NCBI GenBank assembly: GCA_963832165.1 | Contig: CAWHTE010000007.1 | Span: 512,001-576,000 of the forward strand | Reading direction: 5' to 3' | Length of the DNA stretch: 64,000 nt | From: an uncultured delta proteobacterium | Lineage (GTDB): Bacteria > Myxococcota_A > UBA9160 > SMWR01 | Shown here: positions 10,311 to 24,573 of the stretch, in pieces | Position numbering within the stretch: the stretch's first letter is position 1 | Layout of the letters: the number at the start of each line of letters is the position of its first letter | Program-made: the position numbers and the translations under genes | Notes under the pieces: generated by a model | Told to the model about the DNA's origin: nothing | Seen by the model: only the letters and a program-made list of their open reading frames with translations | Databases searched by the model: none

Positions 10311-11570
10311 ATGGATCGGATCGTCGTCCGGGGCCGCGGCTCGCTGCATGGCGAGATCGAGGCCTCCGGCTCCAAGAATTCGACGCTCGCGCTGATGGCG
10401 GGCGCGCTGCTCGCGCGCGGCGAGACGGTGCTGTCGAACGTGCCGCGTCTGCGCGACGTCGGGGCGATGCTCGAGATCCTGCGCGCGCTCGGCGCGCGCG
10501 CGCAGTGGGATCCCGACGACGAGCACACGGTGCGGATCGACGCGAGCACGATCCGCAACCCCGAGGCGCCCTACGACCTCGTGCGCAAGATGCGCGCGTC
10601 GTTCCTCGTGCTCGGCCCGCTGCTCGCGCGCTTCGGCGCCGCGCGCGTGTCCGAGCCCGGCGGCTGTGCAATCGGTGTGCGGCCCGTCGATCAGCACCTG
10701 AAGGGTCTGCGCGCGCTGGGCGCGAAGCTCACGCTCGACCACGGCTACGTCGAGGCCACCGCGGCACGACTCGTCGGCGGGCGCGTCACGTTCGATCTCA
10801 CCACGGTGAACGGCACGCAGAACGTGCTCATGGCCGCGTGCCTCGCCGAAGGCGAGACCGTGATCGAGAACGCGGCGCGCGAGCCCGAGGTCATGGAGCT
10901 CGCGCACGTGCTGCAGAAGATGGGCGCAGAGATCCACGGCGCGGGCAGCGACCGGATCGTGGTCCAGGGCGTCGCCGTGCTGCGCGGCGTCCGGCACCGC
11001 GTGGCCGGCGATCGCATCGAGGCGGGGACGCTGCTCGCGGCCGCGGTCACCACGGGCGGTGAGATTCGCGTGCTGGGTGTGGATCCCGCCGACATGCAGG
11101 CGACGCTCGACAAGCTCGCCGAGTGCGGCGCCGAGATCGAGACCGATCCGACCAGCGTGCACCTGCGCATGACGCACAAACCGCTGCCGCTCCAGGTCAC
11201 TACGGCGCCGTTCCCGGGATTTCCCACCGACATGCAGGCGCAGCTCATGGCGACGCTGTGCGTCGGGCAGGGCGCCTCCGTGGTCACCGAGCGCGTATTC
11301 GAGAACCGTTTCATGCACGTGCCCGAGCTTCAGCGCATGGGCGCAGACATCACGCTCTCGGGCCGCTCCGCGCACGTGCGCGGCGTGGCGCGCCTCTCTG
11401 GCGCGCAGGTGATGGCCACCGATCTGCGCGCTTCGGCCGGTCTGGTCGTGGCGGCACTCGCCGCGGAAGGCGAAACTATCATCAACCGCGTCTATCACAT
11501 CGATCGCGGCTACGAGCGCATCGAGGAGAAGCTCCGCCGCCTCGGTGCGGAGATCAGGCGGGAGGGGTGA
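10311..11570 (+). CDS. murA: UDP-N-acetylglucosamine 1-carboxyvinyltransferase
   Basis: SGSKNS, RKMRASFLVLGPLLAR, PGGCAIGVRPVDQH, PFPGFPTDMQAQ, HIDRGYE. Confidence 0.97.
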   Translation: MDRIVVRGRGSLHGEIEASGSKNSTLALMAGALLARGETVLSNVPRLRDVGAMLEILRALGARAQWDPDDEHTVRIDASTIRNPEAPYDLVRKMRASFLVLGPLLARFGAARVSEPGGCAIGVRPVDQHLKGLRALGAKLTLDHGYVEATAARLVGGRVTFDLTTVNGTQNVLMAACLAEGETVIENAAREPEVMELAHVLQKMGAEIHGAGSDRIVVQGVAVLRGVRHRVAGDRIEAGTLLAAAVTTGGEIRVLGVDPADMQATLDKLAECGAEIETDPTSVHLRMTHKPLPLQVTTAPFPGFPTDMQAQLMATLCVGQGASVVTERVFENRFMHVPELQRMGADITLSGRSAHVRGVARLSGAQVMATDLRASAGLVVAALAAEGETIINRVYHIDRGYERIEEKLRRLGAEIRREG

Positions 11571-11572
11571 CG

Positions 11573-12942
<1,370 letters not shown>

Positions 12943-12946
<4 letters not shown>

Positions 12947-13536
12947 GCGAGCGGCGCCGCGCGAGCATCCAGCGCAAGACCAAAGAGACGGAGATCCGCG
13001 TCGCGATCGATCTCGACGGCAGCGGCAGCTACCAGGTCTCCACGGGGATCCCGTTCTTCGATCACATGCTCGAGTCGTTCGCGAAGCACGGCGTGTTCGA
13101 CCTCGAGCTCGTGGCCACGGGCGATCTCGCGGTCGACCTGCATCATACGGTCGAGGACGTCGGCATCACACTCGGGCAGGCGGTGCGCGAGGCGATCGGC
13201 GACGCGAGCGGCATCCGCCGCTACGGAACGCAGATCCTGCCGATGGCCGAGACGAAGGTCGAAGTGGCGGTCGACGTCTCGAACCGCCCCTATCTCGTCT
13301 ACCGCGTGAAGCTCGACCACTCGATGATCGGCACGTTCGATGGTCGTCTCACCGAAGACTTCCTGTACGCGTTCGCGCACAACGCCGGGCTCGATCTGCA
13401 CGTGGATCTCCGTTACGGGGAGAGCCCGCACCACGTGGTGGAGGCGGTGTTCAAAGGTGTCGCGCGCGCGCTGCGCATCGCACTCGAGCGCGACCCGCGC
13501 GGCGTGGGACTCCCGACGGTCAAGGGCGCGTTGTAA
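12943..13536 (+). CDS. hisB: Imidazoleglycerol-phosphate dehydratase
   Basis: RKTKET, TGIPFFDHML, DLHHTVEDVGI, PHHVVEAVFKG. Confidence 0.95.
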
Positions 13537-13548
13537 CCGCTCCGGCGC

Positions 13549-13564
13549 CTAATCCGCCCTGCGA
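13549..13564 (-). repeat. Partial/degenerate GTAG-type REP copy (hisB-hisH spacer)
   Basis: Minus strand TCGCAGGGCGGATTAG matches TCGTAGGGCGGATTAG at 29088 in 15 of 16 positions. Confidence 0.55.
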
Positions 13565-13581
13565 CCCGCTATCGTTCGTGC

Positions 13582-14235
13582 GTGAGCCCCCCCTCCTCCT
13601 CCGCTCCGCGCATTGCGGTCGTCGACTACGGCGCCGGCAATCTGCGCAGTGTGTCGCGCGCGCTCGAGCGATCGGGGCTCGCGCCCGACGTCACGAGCAG
13701 CGCCACGGCGGTGCGCGAGGCCGACGGCGTCGTGCTGCCGGGCGTGGGCGCGTTCCGCGACGCCGTGTCGAAGCTCGCGGCGAGCGGACTCGACAAAGCC
13801 GTGCGCGACTCGATCGAGGCGGGCCGCCCCTATCTCGGCCTGTGCCTCGGGCTCCAGCTCCTGTTCGAAGAGAGCGACGAGCACGGCATCACGCCGGGTT
13901 TCGGGCTGCTCGCGGGCCGCGTCGAGCGTTTCCCGGATCCGGGGACACCGGGTGCACCCGAGCGCGTGCCGCACATCGGCTGGAACGACGTGCGCTTCCA
14001 GGGCGATCACGCGCTCACGCAGCGGCTGCCGCGCCGTGACAACTTCTACTTCGTGCACTCGTACTTCGCGATGCCGCGCGACCCCGCAATCGTCGCGGGC
14101 GTGGTGGACTACGGCGCGCCGTTCGCGGCGGCCGTCGCCGTCGACAACGTGTTCGCAGTGCAGTTCCACCCGGAGAAGAGCCAGACGTCCGGTCGCACGG
14201 TCCTCGACGCGTTTCGCGCCTGGGTGACGGCGTGA
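13582..14235 (+). CDS. hisH: Imidazole glycerol phosphate synthase, glutaminase subunit
   Basis: DYGAGNLRSV, LPGVGAF, GLCLGLQ, VPHIGWN, YFVHSY, QFHPEKS. Confidence 0.96.
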   Translation: MSPPSSSAPRIAVVDYGAGNLRSVSRALERSGLAPDVTSSATAVREADGVVLPGVGAFRDAVSKLAASGLDKAVRDSIEAGRPYLGLCLGLQLLFEESDEHGITPGFGLLAGRVERFPDPGTPGAPERVPHIGWNDVRFQGDHALTQRLPRRDNFYFVHSYFAMPRDPAIVAGVVDYGAPFAAAVAVDNVFAVQFHPEKSQTSGRTVLDAFRAWVTA

Positions 14236-14864
14236 GGCGTGTGCTCGCATGCGCAATCGCGCTGGGCGGACTTGCGTGCGCGGGTCCGATCGTCGAGGAC
14301 GAGGTGCACGACGTCGATCCGAAGACGCTCGCGCGCATCGCGGTGGTGCCATTCCTTCCCGCGCCCGACTTCCGCGGCAGCGGCGACCCCGGCGTGAGCG
14401 GCGGCGAAGCCGCCGACGCGGCCGCGGTCGTATCGCGCATCGCGAGCGAAGCGCTGGCCAGCGCGGGCTTCGAGGTGATCTCCGCGAGCGACGTCGTGCG
14501 GGTGTTCGAGGCCGCGGGCAAGTCCGTGCCGCACGGCGACGACGCCGCGTTCACGGACGGCGTCGCGCGCGAATTCGGCGCGACCTCGGCGCTATTCGGC
14601 AAGGTGTACCGATACCGCGAGCGGCGCGGCGGCGAGCTCGGCGCGACGCGTCCCGCGAGCGTGGGCATCGAGCTCACGCTGCGAACCGCGCCCGGTACGC
14701 GCGTGCTCTGGACCGCGCGCTTCGACCACACCCAGGTCGCGGTGTCCGAGAACGCGCTCGAGGCGCGCCGCTATCCCGCTGCGGGTTCGCGCTGGATGTC
14801 GGCCGCCGAGCTCACGCGATGGGGCCTCGACGCGGCGGCCGGGCAGCTCAAGAAACTGCGATGA
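14232..14864 (+). CDS. Putative lipoprotein of unknown function
   Basis: Lipobox-like GGLAC after a hydrophobic stretch; RIAVVPF motif; 4-nt overlaps with both hisH and hisA. Confidence 0.65.
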   Translation: MRRVLACAIALGGLACAGPIVEDEVHDVDPKTLARIAVVPFLPAPDFRGSGDPGVSGGEAADAAAVVSRIASEALASAGFEVISASDVVRVFEAAGKSVPHGDDAAFTDGVAREFGATSALFGKVYRYRERRGGELGATRPASVGIELTLRTAPGTRVLWTARFDHTQVAVSENALEARRYPAAGSRWMSAAELTRWGLDAAAGQLKKLR

Positions 14865-15604
14865 CCACGCGCTTCGAGTTGATCCCGGCGATCGACCTGC
14901 TCGGCGGCGAATGCGTTCGCCTCGCGCAGGGCCGCTACGACGCGGCCACCGTCTACGAGTCCGACCCGGCCGCCGCGGCGCGCCGCTTCGCCGCACACGC
15001 GGTGCCGCGCCTGCACGTGGTCGACCTCGACGGCGCGCGCGCGGGCAGACCGATCAACACCGAGGCTGTACGCGCGATCGCCGCAGCCGTCGGCGCACTG
15101 CCCGTGCAGCTCGGGGGCGGCCTGCGCGACATCTCCGCGGTCGAGGCCGCGTTCGGCGCGGGCGTGGACCGCGTCGTGCTCGGCACCGCGGCGCTGCGCG
15201 ATCCCGAGCTCGTGCGCAGCGCGGCGCGGAGGTTCCCCGGGCGGATCGCGGTCGGACTCGATGCGAAGGACGGCCGCGTTTCGGTCGAGGGCTGGCTCGA
15301 GACGGGCGAAGCGACCGTGATCGAGATTGCGAAGCGCTTCGAGGACGCGGGCGTGGCCGCGCTCGTGCACACGGACATCGCGCGCGACGGCATGCTCGCG
15401 GGTCCCAACCTCGAGGCGAGCGCCGAGCTCGCCGACGCGGTGAGCATCCCCGTGATCGTCTCGGGCGGCATGTCGAGTGAAGACGATCTCGTCGCCGCAG
15501 CGCGCGAGAGCGCGCGCGGGATCGCGGGTGCGATCGTGGGCCGCGCGCTCTACACGGGCGCGATCGACCTCTCTTCGGCGCTGCGGCGCCTCGCGAGCCT
15601 GTGA
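14861..15604 (+). CDS. hisA: ProFAR isomerase
   Basis: [52 protein letters not shown]. Confidence 0.96.
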   Translation: MTTRFELIPAIDLLGGECVRLAQGRYDAATVYESDPAAAARRFAAHAVPRLHVVDLDGARAGRPINTEAVRAIAAAVGALPVQLGGGLRDISAVEAAFGAGVDRVVLGTAALRDPELVRSAARRFPGRIAVGLDAKDGRVSVEGWLETGEATVIEIAKRFEDAGVAALVHTDIARDGMLAGPNLEASAELADAVSIPVIVSGGMSSEDDLVAAARESARGIAGAIVGRALYTGAIDLSSALRRLASL

Positions 15605-16419
15605 TGCTGTGCAAGCGCATCATCCCGTGTCTCGACGTGGATCGCGGCCGCGTCGTGAAGGGCGTCCAGTACGTCGATCACGTCGACGCGGGCGACCCGG
15701 TCGAGGTGGCGCGGCGCTACGACGAACAGGAAGCCGACGAGATCACCTTCCTCGACATCACGGCGAGCCACGAGGAGCGGCGGATCCTGCTCGACGTCGT
15801 GGCGCGCACCGCGGAGAGCGTGTTCATGCCGCTCACGGTGGGCGGCGGCGTGCGCTCGCTCCAGGACGTGCGCGACCTGCTCAACGCGGGGGCCGACAAG
15901 GTCTCGATCATGACCGCAGCTGTTTCGAACCCCGAACTGGTTGGCGAGGCCGCCGTCATGATCGGCAGCGCGAACCTCGTGGTCGCGATCGACGCGCGGC
16001 GCGCCCAGCCGGGCCAGGGCATGACCTGGGAGGTGTGCACCCATGGGGGCCGCCGGCCCACCGGCCTTGACGCCGTGGAGTGGGCGGCCCGGATGGCCGC
16101 GGCCGGAGCAGGGGAAATCCTGCTGACGAGCATGGACCGCGACGGCACGCGCCGCGGCTACGACCTCGAGCTGCTGCGCGCCGTGGCCGACCGCGTGCCG
16201 ATCCCCGTGATCGCATCCGGAGGCGGCGGCAGCGCCGAGGACCTCGCGAGCGCGCTGGACGACGGCCCCGCCGGGGGTCACTGCCAGGCCGCGCTCGCGG
16301 CTTCGATCTTCCATTTCGGCCAGACCACCGTGCCCGAGGTGAAACGGCGGTTGCTCGAGCTGGGTGTCCCTGTGCGCCCCCCGTCGCCGTCCGTTGATGC
16401 CCCCGCAAGGGTGCGCTAG
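15604..16419 (+). CDS. hisF: Imidazole glycerol phosphate synthase, cyclase subunit
   Basis: [43 protein letters not shown]. Confidence 0.96.
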   Translation: MLCKRIIPCLDVDRGRVVKGVQYVDHVDAGDPVEVARRYDEQEADEITFLDITASHEERRILLDVVARTAESVFMPLTVGGGVRSLQDVRDLLNAGADKVSIMTAAVSNPELVGEAAVMIGSANLVVAIDARRAQPGQGMTWEVCTHGGRRPTGLDAVEWAARMAAAGAGEILLTSMDRDGTRRGYDLELLRAVADRVPIPVIASGGGGSAEDLASALDDGPAGGHCQAALAASIFHFGQTTVPEVKRRLLELGVPVRPPSPSVDAPARVR

Positions 16420-16625
16420 CTTGCAAACCCGCTGCGAACATAACGGAAGTGCTCGACTTTTTTATGTTTTTTGCCGCCTCCCGAACCCGGTTCGAGAACT
16501 GCGCTAGGCGAGGCGAATTCGACACAATCGATAGTCAGGCGACCACAACAGTGGAGTCGAGCTGCCGCCTGACGACGAGACGCCGCGCGCGCTGTCGCAT
16601 TGGCGTGTAGGGGGGACGCTCCGCA

Positions 16626-16823
16626 ATGCCCGTGATCAAAGTTCGCGACAACGAGCCGTTCGAAGTCGCGATGAAGCGCTTCAAGAAGCAATGCGAGAAG
16701 GCCGGCATTCTCAGCGAGCTCAAGCGCCGCGAGTACTACGACAAGCCGAGTGTGCGGAAGAAGAAGAAGGCGGCGGCCGCACGCAAACGAGCGCTGAAGA
16801 AGATGCGCCGAATGGCGCGCTGA
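16626..16823 (+). CDS. rpsU: 30S ribosomal protein S21
   Basis: [42 protein letters not shown]. Confidence 0.97.
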   Translation: MPVIKVRDNEPFEVAMKRFKKQCEKAGILSELKRREYYDKPSVRKKKKAAAARKRALKKMRRMAR

Positions 16824-16840
16824 GCACCTGAGGTAGTCGA

Positions 16841-18592
16841 TTGGGCCGCATCCCCGACGAGACCATTGCACAGGTTCGCGATCGCGTGGACCTCGTGGAG
16901 CTCGTTGGGCGCACCGTTTCGCTCAAGCGCGCGGGCCGCAGCTACAAGGGACTGTGTCCCTTTCACGGCGAGAAAACCCCCTCGTTCCACGTCAACCCCG
17001 ACCGCGGCAGCTACTACTGCTTCGGGTGCCAGGAGGGGGGCGACGCGTTCTCGTTCCTCATGAAGGTCGAGAACCTCACGTTCACCGAGGCAGTGCGCAG
17101 CATCGCGCGCGAGTGCGGGATCGAAATACCGGAAACGCGCGGCGGCGAGAGCGGCATCTCAGAGGCCGCGTTTGCCGCCAACGACGTCGCCCAGGAGGCC
17201 TATCGCGCCGCGTTCGCCGAGCCCGGCAATCCGGCGGCGGCCTATCTCACCACGCGCGGCCTCCAGCCGGAGGACGCGCAGCGCTTCGAGATCGGCTTCG
17301 CGCCCGACCGCTGGGACACCGTGGCGCGCGCGCTGTCGGCGCGCGGCATCTCGGGATCCACCGGCGAGAAGGCGGGCCTTCTCGCGCCGCGCGAGCGCGG
17401 CGATGGGTTCTACGACCGGCTGCGCGGGCGGCTCACATTCCCGATCCGCGACGCGCGGGGCCGCGTGATCGGGTTCGGCGGGCGCGCGCTCGGCGCCGAC
17501 CAGGAGCCGAAGTACCTGAACACGCCCGAGAGCCCGATCTTCCACAAGCGCGAGGCGTTCTACGGCCTGTCCTCCGCGCTCGCGGCGATCCGGCGCGCCG
17601 ACCGCGCCGTCCTGGTGGAGGGCTATTTCGACCGCATCGCGCTCGCGCGCGCGGGCGTGGAGGAGTCGCTCGCCACCTGCGGTACGTCGCTCACGGATGC
17701 GCACGCGCGCAACCTGCGCCGGCGCACGCGCAACGTGGTGCTGCTATTCGACGGCGACGAGGCGGGCCAACGCGCGATGGAGCGCTCGCTCGAAGTGCTC
17801 CTGCCCGCTGGCCTGCGTGTGCGCGCCGCGCTCTTGCCGCCCGGCACCGACCCCGACGATCTGCTCGCGCGCGATGGCGCGGAAGCGCTGCGCACGCTGA
17901 TCGACAGCGCGCCCGACGCTCTCGACTTCGCGATCGACCGCGCCGTGGCGCGCGGCTGCAGCTCGCCCGCCGAGCAAGCCGACGCCGTGGCCGTGGTGGC
18001 GCCGCTGCTCTCGCGGATCCCGTCCGGCGTCGAGCAATCGGGCTTCGCCCAGCGCCTCGCGCTCGCGGTGGGCACCGAGGTACGCCACGTAGAGGCCGCC
18101 GTGCGCGCGGCCGCGCGGGGCGGGGACGCGCGCGACGCGGTGCCGATCCCCGTGCGCGCGGGCGGACCCGAAGAGCGCAAGATCCGGCAACTCGCGCGCA
18201 GCCTCGTCGAGCATCCCGATCTCGCCGGGCGCGTTTCGCGCGAAGAAATGCACGAGCTCGTGCCGGCGGGTCCGCTGCGCGAGCTGATCGCGGCGCTGCT
18301 CGAGGCAGCCATCGAAGACCGCTCCGTGCCCCTCGAGGAGCTCGCGGGCCGTCTCGGCCCCGACGAGGAGCGCTTGCTGCGCCAGCTCTCGGCTGGCGAC
18401 GAGGCGATCGACGCGGGAGCCGCCGCGCGCACGATCGACGACACGATTCGCTGGCTCCGCAAAGAGCGACTGAGCGAACGCCTGAAAGCACTCACGAAAC
18501 GGCTGCGCGATCCGGACGCGGATGTGCAGGCCATCCTGGAAGAAAAAGATCGTCTCACTAAAGAGAGGCTCGCGGCCACACACCACCCATAG
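16841..18592 (+). CDS. dnaG: DNA primase
   Basis: [11 protein letters not shown]...CFGC zinc finger, [29 protein letters not shown] start. Confidence 0.96.
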   Translation: MGRIPDETIAQVRDRVDLVELVGRTVSLKRAGRSYKGLCPFHGEKTPSFHVNPDRGSYYCFGCQEGGDAFSFLMKVENLTFTEAVRSIARECGIEIPETRGGESGISEAAFAANDVAQEAYRAAFAEPGNPAAAYLTTRGLQPEDAQRFEIGFAPDRWDTVARALSARGISGSTGEKAGLLAPRERGDGFYDRLRGRLTFPIRDARGRVIGFGGRALGADQEPKYLNTPESPIFHKREAFYGLSSALAAIRRADRAVLVEGYFDRIALARAGVEESLATCGTSLTDAHARNLRRRTRNVVLLFDGDEAGQRAMERSLEVLLPAGLRVRAALLPPGTDPDDLLARDGAEALRTLIDSAPDALDFAIDRAVARGCSSPAEQADAVAVVAPLLSRIPSGVEQSGFAQRLALAVGTEVRHVEAAVRAAARGGDARDAVPIPVRAGGPEERKIRQLARSLVEHPDLAGRVSREEMHELVPAGPLRELIAALLEAAIEDRSVPLEELAGRLGPDEERLLRQLSAGDEAIDAGAAARTIDDTIRWLRKERLSERLKALTKRLRDPDADVQAILEEKDRLTKERLAATHHP

Positions 18593-18644
18593 CCGCGATC
18601 CCTCCGGTGCCCGTCCCACCGGTGTCGAGGAGTTCCACCCCCCC

Positions 18645-20378
<1,734 letters not shown>

Positions 20379-20390
20379 CGCGATCCGCGA

Positions 20391-20771
20391 TCACAACGGT
20401 TCGAGCTCGTTCACACCGTCCGTGTAGCCGAACGCGGTGAGGATGCCCTCGTCGTTGAAGAACATCGTGAGCCGGTTCGCCTTGAGCTGGTGCTTCTCGT
20501 AGATGAACAGGGTGATGCCGGTGACGATCGGTTCCTCGAGCTCGAGCTCGCTCGTGTTCTCGCGCACGTAGCGGTAGATCAGCACCTCGCCGTTGTGACG
20601 GCGCTGGATCTTCTCGGGCGCGCCGAACAACTCGAGCGCCTCCCTCATCGTGGTGACGCCGGGGTGCAGCACCACGCGCGGATCCGAGCGAAAGGTGTTG
20701 CCGACGTAGTCGCGCCCGATCGTGCAGGCACCACACAGCAGCGCCAGGGCGACCACGAGCGCGCGCGTCAT
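20391..20771 (-). CDS. Small lipoprotein, SmpA/OmlA(BamE)-like fold
   Basis: Signal ending LCGAC; PGVTTMREALELFGAP...LTMFFNDEGIL. Confidence 0.6.
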   Translation of the reverse strand: MTRALVVALALLCGACTIGRDYVGNTFRSDPRVVLHPGVTTMREALELFGAPEKIQRRHNGEVLIYRYVRENTSELELEEPIVTGITLFIYEKHQLKANRLTMFFNDEGILTAFGYTDGVNELEPL

Positions 20772-21262
20772 CGCCGTTTGCCCCGCAAGCGCTGGATCAC
20801 GGGGTCTTCCTTGCGGCGGCTCTGCTCGGCTGTTTCCACGGCCTCCGGCTCCTTCCCGCGCTGGCGCGTGACGCCGTAGTAGAGCACGCGGTCGTGCTCA
20901 TCGAAGAACACCACGAGCCGGTCGCGCTTCACGTCGACGCGCGCCCAGTTGAACACGATCGTCATCATGATCCGCGCGTCGCCCTCGAGAATCTCGAACG
21001 CGAGCATGTCGCTGAACGGCAGCGCGACCAGGTCCTCCGCGGCGATCTCGCCCGCGTCGAACATGCGCGTGAGCACCTCGCCGTCGGTGGCCTCATAGGG
21101 CGCGCCGAACCAGCGCAGGATCTCGTCCTTGGTGGTCTGCCCCGGGACGATGTTCGCGACCCGGTCGGCGGGAATCTCCGTGCCCGTGACGACGCCGATG
21201 TTGAAGCAGCCGCAGAGCGCGAGCGCACCGAGTGCGGCGAGGGCAACGACGATCCGGGGCAT
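20768..21262 (-). CDS. Lipoprotein, SmpA/OmlA(BamE)-like fold
   Basis: Signal ending LCGC; IVPGQTTKDEILRWFGAP...LVVFFDEHDRV. Confidence 0.6.
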   Translation of the reverse strand: MPRIVVALAALGALALCGCFNIGVVTGTEIPADRVANIVPGQTTKDEILRWFGAPYEATDGEVLTRMFDAGEIAAEDLVALPFSDMLAFEILEGDARIMMTIVFNWARVDVKRDRLVVFFDEHDRVLYYGVTRQRGKEPEAVETAEQSRRKEDPVIQRLRGKRR

Positions 21263-21275
21263 AGCGGTCAGGAGA

Positions 21276-22616
21276 CTAGCCCGCGCCAACCCACGCGGCG
21301 TAGTCTCCGCCGTACCCCACCGTCTGCTGGCGCTTGCTCACGCGCTCGCGCACCGATGCAAGCGCGGCCGCGCCGATCCGCGGCTGCACGCAGATGGCGT
21401 CGGCGATCTGTGACGCCTGCGCGCGCGCGGCCTCGGCGAGCGCCTCGCCGAGCTTCTCCTCGCCCTCATGGCCGTTCTCGCCCAGGCCCAGGAACGCCTC
21501 CATCACCTTCGCGCTCACCTCGCGAGCGTGCTTGCGCGACGCCACGATGTTGCCCTTGCCCGTCACGACGTTTCCCGCCGAGAACACCGTCGGATAGTTG
21601 GCGAGCCGGCCGATGTCCCAGTCGGTGAACTCGAACAGCTCGCCCTTCATCGGGATGCCGGGAATCTCCTTCGGAACGCTCCCGATCGAGCTGATCGTGT
21701 AGACGCCGCGCCGCTCGAAGGTCTCGTCGAGCGGGATCACGCGGCTGCCCTCGATCTTCGTTCGGCGGAAGCGCAGCCCCACGAGCTGCCCCCCCTCGAC
21801 GATCAGCCCGTCGGGCAGGCAAAGCGGCTCGAAGCGGAACCGGTACTTCTCCATCGCCTTCGCGAGCATCTTGTGGCGCCCCGCATACACCTTCTCGCGT
21901 CGCTTCTCGTCGGCGCCGTCCGGCATCTCCATCAGCGGCATGTCCGCTGCGCTGCGGCGGTAGAACAGCGTGCAGCCCTCGATGCCGAGATCCTCGAACG
22001 CGAGGCCGTGGCGCTCGAGCGTCTTCGGGATGCCCTTCACCTCCATCTCGACGAGGTCCACCTCGATGCCGCGCTCGCGCAATTTCGCGCGCGTGGTCTC
22101 GAGCATCAGCACCTTCACCACGTCGATCGACGCGAGGCCGCCGCCAACCACGAGCGCGCCGTCGCGCGGCTCGAACACGGGGCCCTGGTAGCCGGGCTCG
22201 TCCGCGTGGTTGAACCAGACGATGAAGGGATTCTGGTAGATGAGGCCGCGGCCCTCGTAGGCGTCGGCGCCGTCGATCGCCAGCGGCCGGTCGCGCCACG
22301 CGCCGCACGCGAGCACCACGCCCGTGAAGCCCCACTGATCGGCGAGCTCGCGGAAGCCGATGTCGCGGCCGATCTCGGTATGCGGAACGAACGAGACGCC
22401 CGGCAGCGAGAGCTTGCTGCCGATCGTCTCGTATTCCTTCTCGCGCAGCGCCACGTGCCAGCGCGGCAGACCGTCTTCGATCTTGCCGTACGGTCGGCGG
22501 TTCTGTTCGAACACCGCCACTTCGATGCCGCGCTCGGCGAGCGCACCGGCGACTTCCGCGCCGGCAACGGCGCCGCCGATCACGGCGACGCAATGGGAAG
22601 GCTGGGTCGGGCTCAT
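21276..22616 (-). CDS. FAD/NAD(P)-dependent oxidoreductase (ferredoxin-NADP reductase-like)
   Basis: VAVIGGAVAG, PYGKIEDGLP, LVVGGGLASID, YRRS, FSAGNV. Confidence 0.75.
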   Translation of the reverse strand: MSPTQPSHCVAVIGGAVAGAEVAGALAERGIEVAVFEQNRRPYGKIEDGLPRWHVALREKEYETIGSKLSLPGVSFVPHTEIGRDIGFRELADQWGFTGVVLACGAWRDRPLAIDGADAYEGRGLIYQNPFIVWFNHADEPGYQGPVFEPRDGALVVGGGLASIDVVKVLMLETTRAKLRERGIEVDLVEMEVKGIPKTLERHGLAFEDLGIEGCTLFYRRSAADMPLMEMPDGADEKRREKVYAGRHKMLAKAMEKYRFRFEPLCLPDGLIVEGGQLVGLRFRRTKIEGSRVIPLDETFERRGVYTISSIGSVPKEIPGIPMKGELFEFTDWDIGRLANYPTVFSAGNVVTGKGNIVASRKHAREVSAKVMEAFLGLGENGHEGEEKLGEALAEAARAQASQIADAICVQPRIGAAALASVRERVSKRQQTVGYGGDYAAWVGAG

Positions 22617-22762
22617 GGCGGGTGCATTGTAACCGCACCCGCTCGGGTCGCTTGGTCCGGGGAAAGTAGTTCGGGGCCACTCCGCCGCGGGCTCCCTCCG
22701 CGGCGCTTATTGGGTAAGGCGCCCGCGGCGGAGTGGTGTCCTGACCTCCCCCGATAAAACGT

Positions 22763-23206
22763 TCAGCCGACCTCGACGTCGGCGAAGACTTCGCCGCGCA
22801 GAAGATCGGGATCGAAGAACAGGCGCTCTTCCTCGTCGAGCTCGTTGCGCACCATGGCTGCGAGATCGCGCAGTCCGTCTGCGATCAAGAGCGGCGGCCG
22901 ACTCCGGTCGGTGATCTCTTCGAGCTGGAAGCGCAGCATCTCGCGCTGTGCGCGCTGTTCCTGCTCGGCGCGCGCCGCGCGCTCGGGACCGTAGAACTCG
23001 CGAATCGCCGGGAGCAGATACTTCTCTTCCCAGGTGATCTGGGTTTCGAGCGCTTCGAGCAGCTCGAGACCGCGCACGCACAGGAAAGGCGACAGGGCCG
23101 AGCGACCGGATGCCACCGAGAGCGCCAGCGCTTCGATCTCGTTCAGACGGGTCCGCAGGTCGCGGTGATCGAGAATCATGTGGTGCCGCAGATCAAAGAG
23201 TCCCAT
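22763..23206 (-). CDS. Hemerythrin-fold protein with degenerate ligand motifs
   Basis: LDHRDL...QITWEEKYLLP...EQEQ...ELDEEERLFF follows the hemerythrin motif spacing; GGAGG RBS. Confidence 0.6.
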   Translation of the reverse strand: MGLFDLRHHMILDHRDLRTRLNEIEALALSVASGRSALSPFLCVRGLELLEALETQITWEEKYLLPAIREFYGPERAARAEQEQRAQREMLRFQLEEITDRSRPPLLIADGLRDLAAMVRNELDEEERLFFDPDLLRGEVFADVEVG

Positions 23207-23240
23207 GTCGCCTCCTCCGAGTAGGAATGCGCAGGGGTAG

Positions 23241-23256
23241 TGCAAAAAGGAGGCCA
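23241..23256 (-). promoter_or_regulatory. Putative sigma54 (-24/-12) promoter of the hemerythrin-fold gene
   Basis: Minus strand TGGCCT-CCTTT-TTGCA, exact GG-N10-GC spacing, just upstream of the RBS. Confidence 0.6.
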
Positions 23257-23313
23257 GCCTATTGCAGAGCCGGTTGACAGCGGTTCGTTTCGCGCAGAGG
23301 ATGTTTTGCGCCC

Positions 23314-24573
23314 ATGGCCCGCAAACCCGTCGAAGAGCGTTTGAGCTATTTGGGGCTCGACCGGGAAGAGCTGACCCTGCTCGCCGAGCTGCGTCCGATC
23401 CTGGTCGCCCACGCAGATGAAGTTGTCGAGTCCTTCCACCGGCAACTACTACTGTTTCCCGAAACCCGCCGACTGTTCCTGGAGCCTCGCGCGAAGGAGC
23501 GCTTCGTGGCCGGGCGGCGTCATCACCTGGTGTCGCTCGCCAATACGCACTTCGGTGACGAGTACATGCGCGAGCGCGAGCGATCGGCCATCGCGCAGGA
23601 GCGGGCGGGCCTCGGGCCCGAGTGGACGATCCGGCTCGCGGTCCAGTTCTTCTCCCTTCTCGCCCCCGTGCTGGGGCGAGAGTTCGCGCACGACGTCGAA
23701 AAGGCCACGCGAGTGGTATCGGCGCTGGCCGCGCGCATGGCCCTCGACGTGGAAGTGGCCGTCGAGTCGTACATCGAGCGGCACGAGCAGGGCCTCTCGT
23801 ACCTGGCTGACGAGCTCGCGCGCCAGAGCCGCATCCTCCAGCGCAGCCTGCGCGAGCAGGGCGTCGCGCTCCAGCAGACCACCGCGCGCGCGCGCGCGGC
23901 CGAGGAGCTCGCCTCGATCGCCACGCTCGTGGCCGGTCTCGCGCACGAGATCGGCACCCCGATGAGCGTGATCCAGGGGCACGCCAAGCTGCTCGAGGGC
24001 AGCGTCTCGGGCGAAGACGCGAAGTGGCGGATCCAGACGATTCAGGAACAAATCGAGCGCATCTCGCGCATCATCCACACGCTGCTCGAGATCGCGCACC
24101 CGCGCCGCGCGCGCACCCAGCCCGTCGATCTCGCCACGCTGATCGACCAGACATTGGCCTTTGTTTCCGAACAGTTGGAAACCCGGGGCGTGCGCGTGAA
24201 GCAATCTCTTGCGCCGGGCGTACGCGTGGACGGCGACCCCGAGCGCCTCCAGCAGCTGTTCCTGAACCTGTTCCTGAACGCAGCCGATGCGATGCCGGGA
24301 GGCGGGGAGCTCCGGGTGGCGCTCGGCGAGAGCGATGGCGAGGTCTCGGTGCGCGTCGGGGATACCGGCGTGGGGATCGCGCCCAGCGATCTCGAGCGGA
24401 TCTTCGAGCCCTTTTTCACCACAAAGGAGGCAGGCCACGGCAACGGGCTCGGCCTCATGGTGTGCAAGGGCATCGTGGCGGACCACGGCGGCAGAATCGA
24501 CGTAACGAGTGAGCTTGGAGCCGGAACCGAGTTCACGATCGTGATGCGTCCCGCGGGGGCAGCCGGCAAGTGA
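23314..24573 (+). CDS. Globin-coupled (protoglobin-like) sensor histidine kinase
   Basis: N-terminal YLGLDREE..LL..L.P...F...FPE...GL.PEW pattern; H-box LAHEIGTP, QLFLNLFLNA, DTGVGI, FEPFFTTK, GNGLGL. Confidence 0.8.
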   Translation: MARKPVEERLSYLGLDREELTLLAELRPILVAHADEVVESFHRQLLLFPETRRLFLEPRAKERFVAGRRHHLVSLANTHFGDEYMRERERSAIAQERAGLGPEWTIRLAVQFFSLLAPVLGREFAHDVEKATRVVSALAARMALDVEVAVESYIERHEQGLSYLADELARQSRILQRSLREQGVALQQTTARARAAEELASIATLVAGLAHEIGTPMSVIQGHAKLLEGSVSGEDAKWRIQTIQEQIERISRIIHTLLEIAHPRRARTQPVDLATLIDQTLAFVSEQLETRGVRVKQSLAPGVRVDGDPERLQQLFLNLFLNAADAMPGGGELRVALGESDGEVSVRVGDTGVGIAPSDLERIFEPFFTTKEAGHGNGLGLMVCKGIVADHGGRIDVTSELGAGTEFTIVMRPAGAAGK

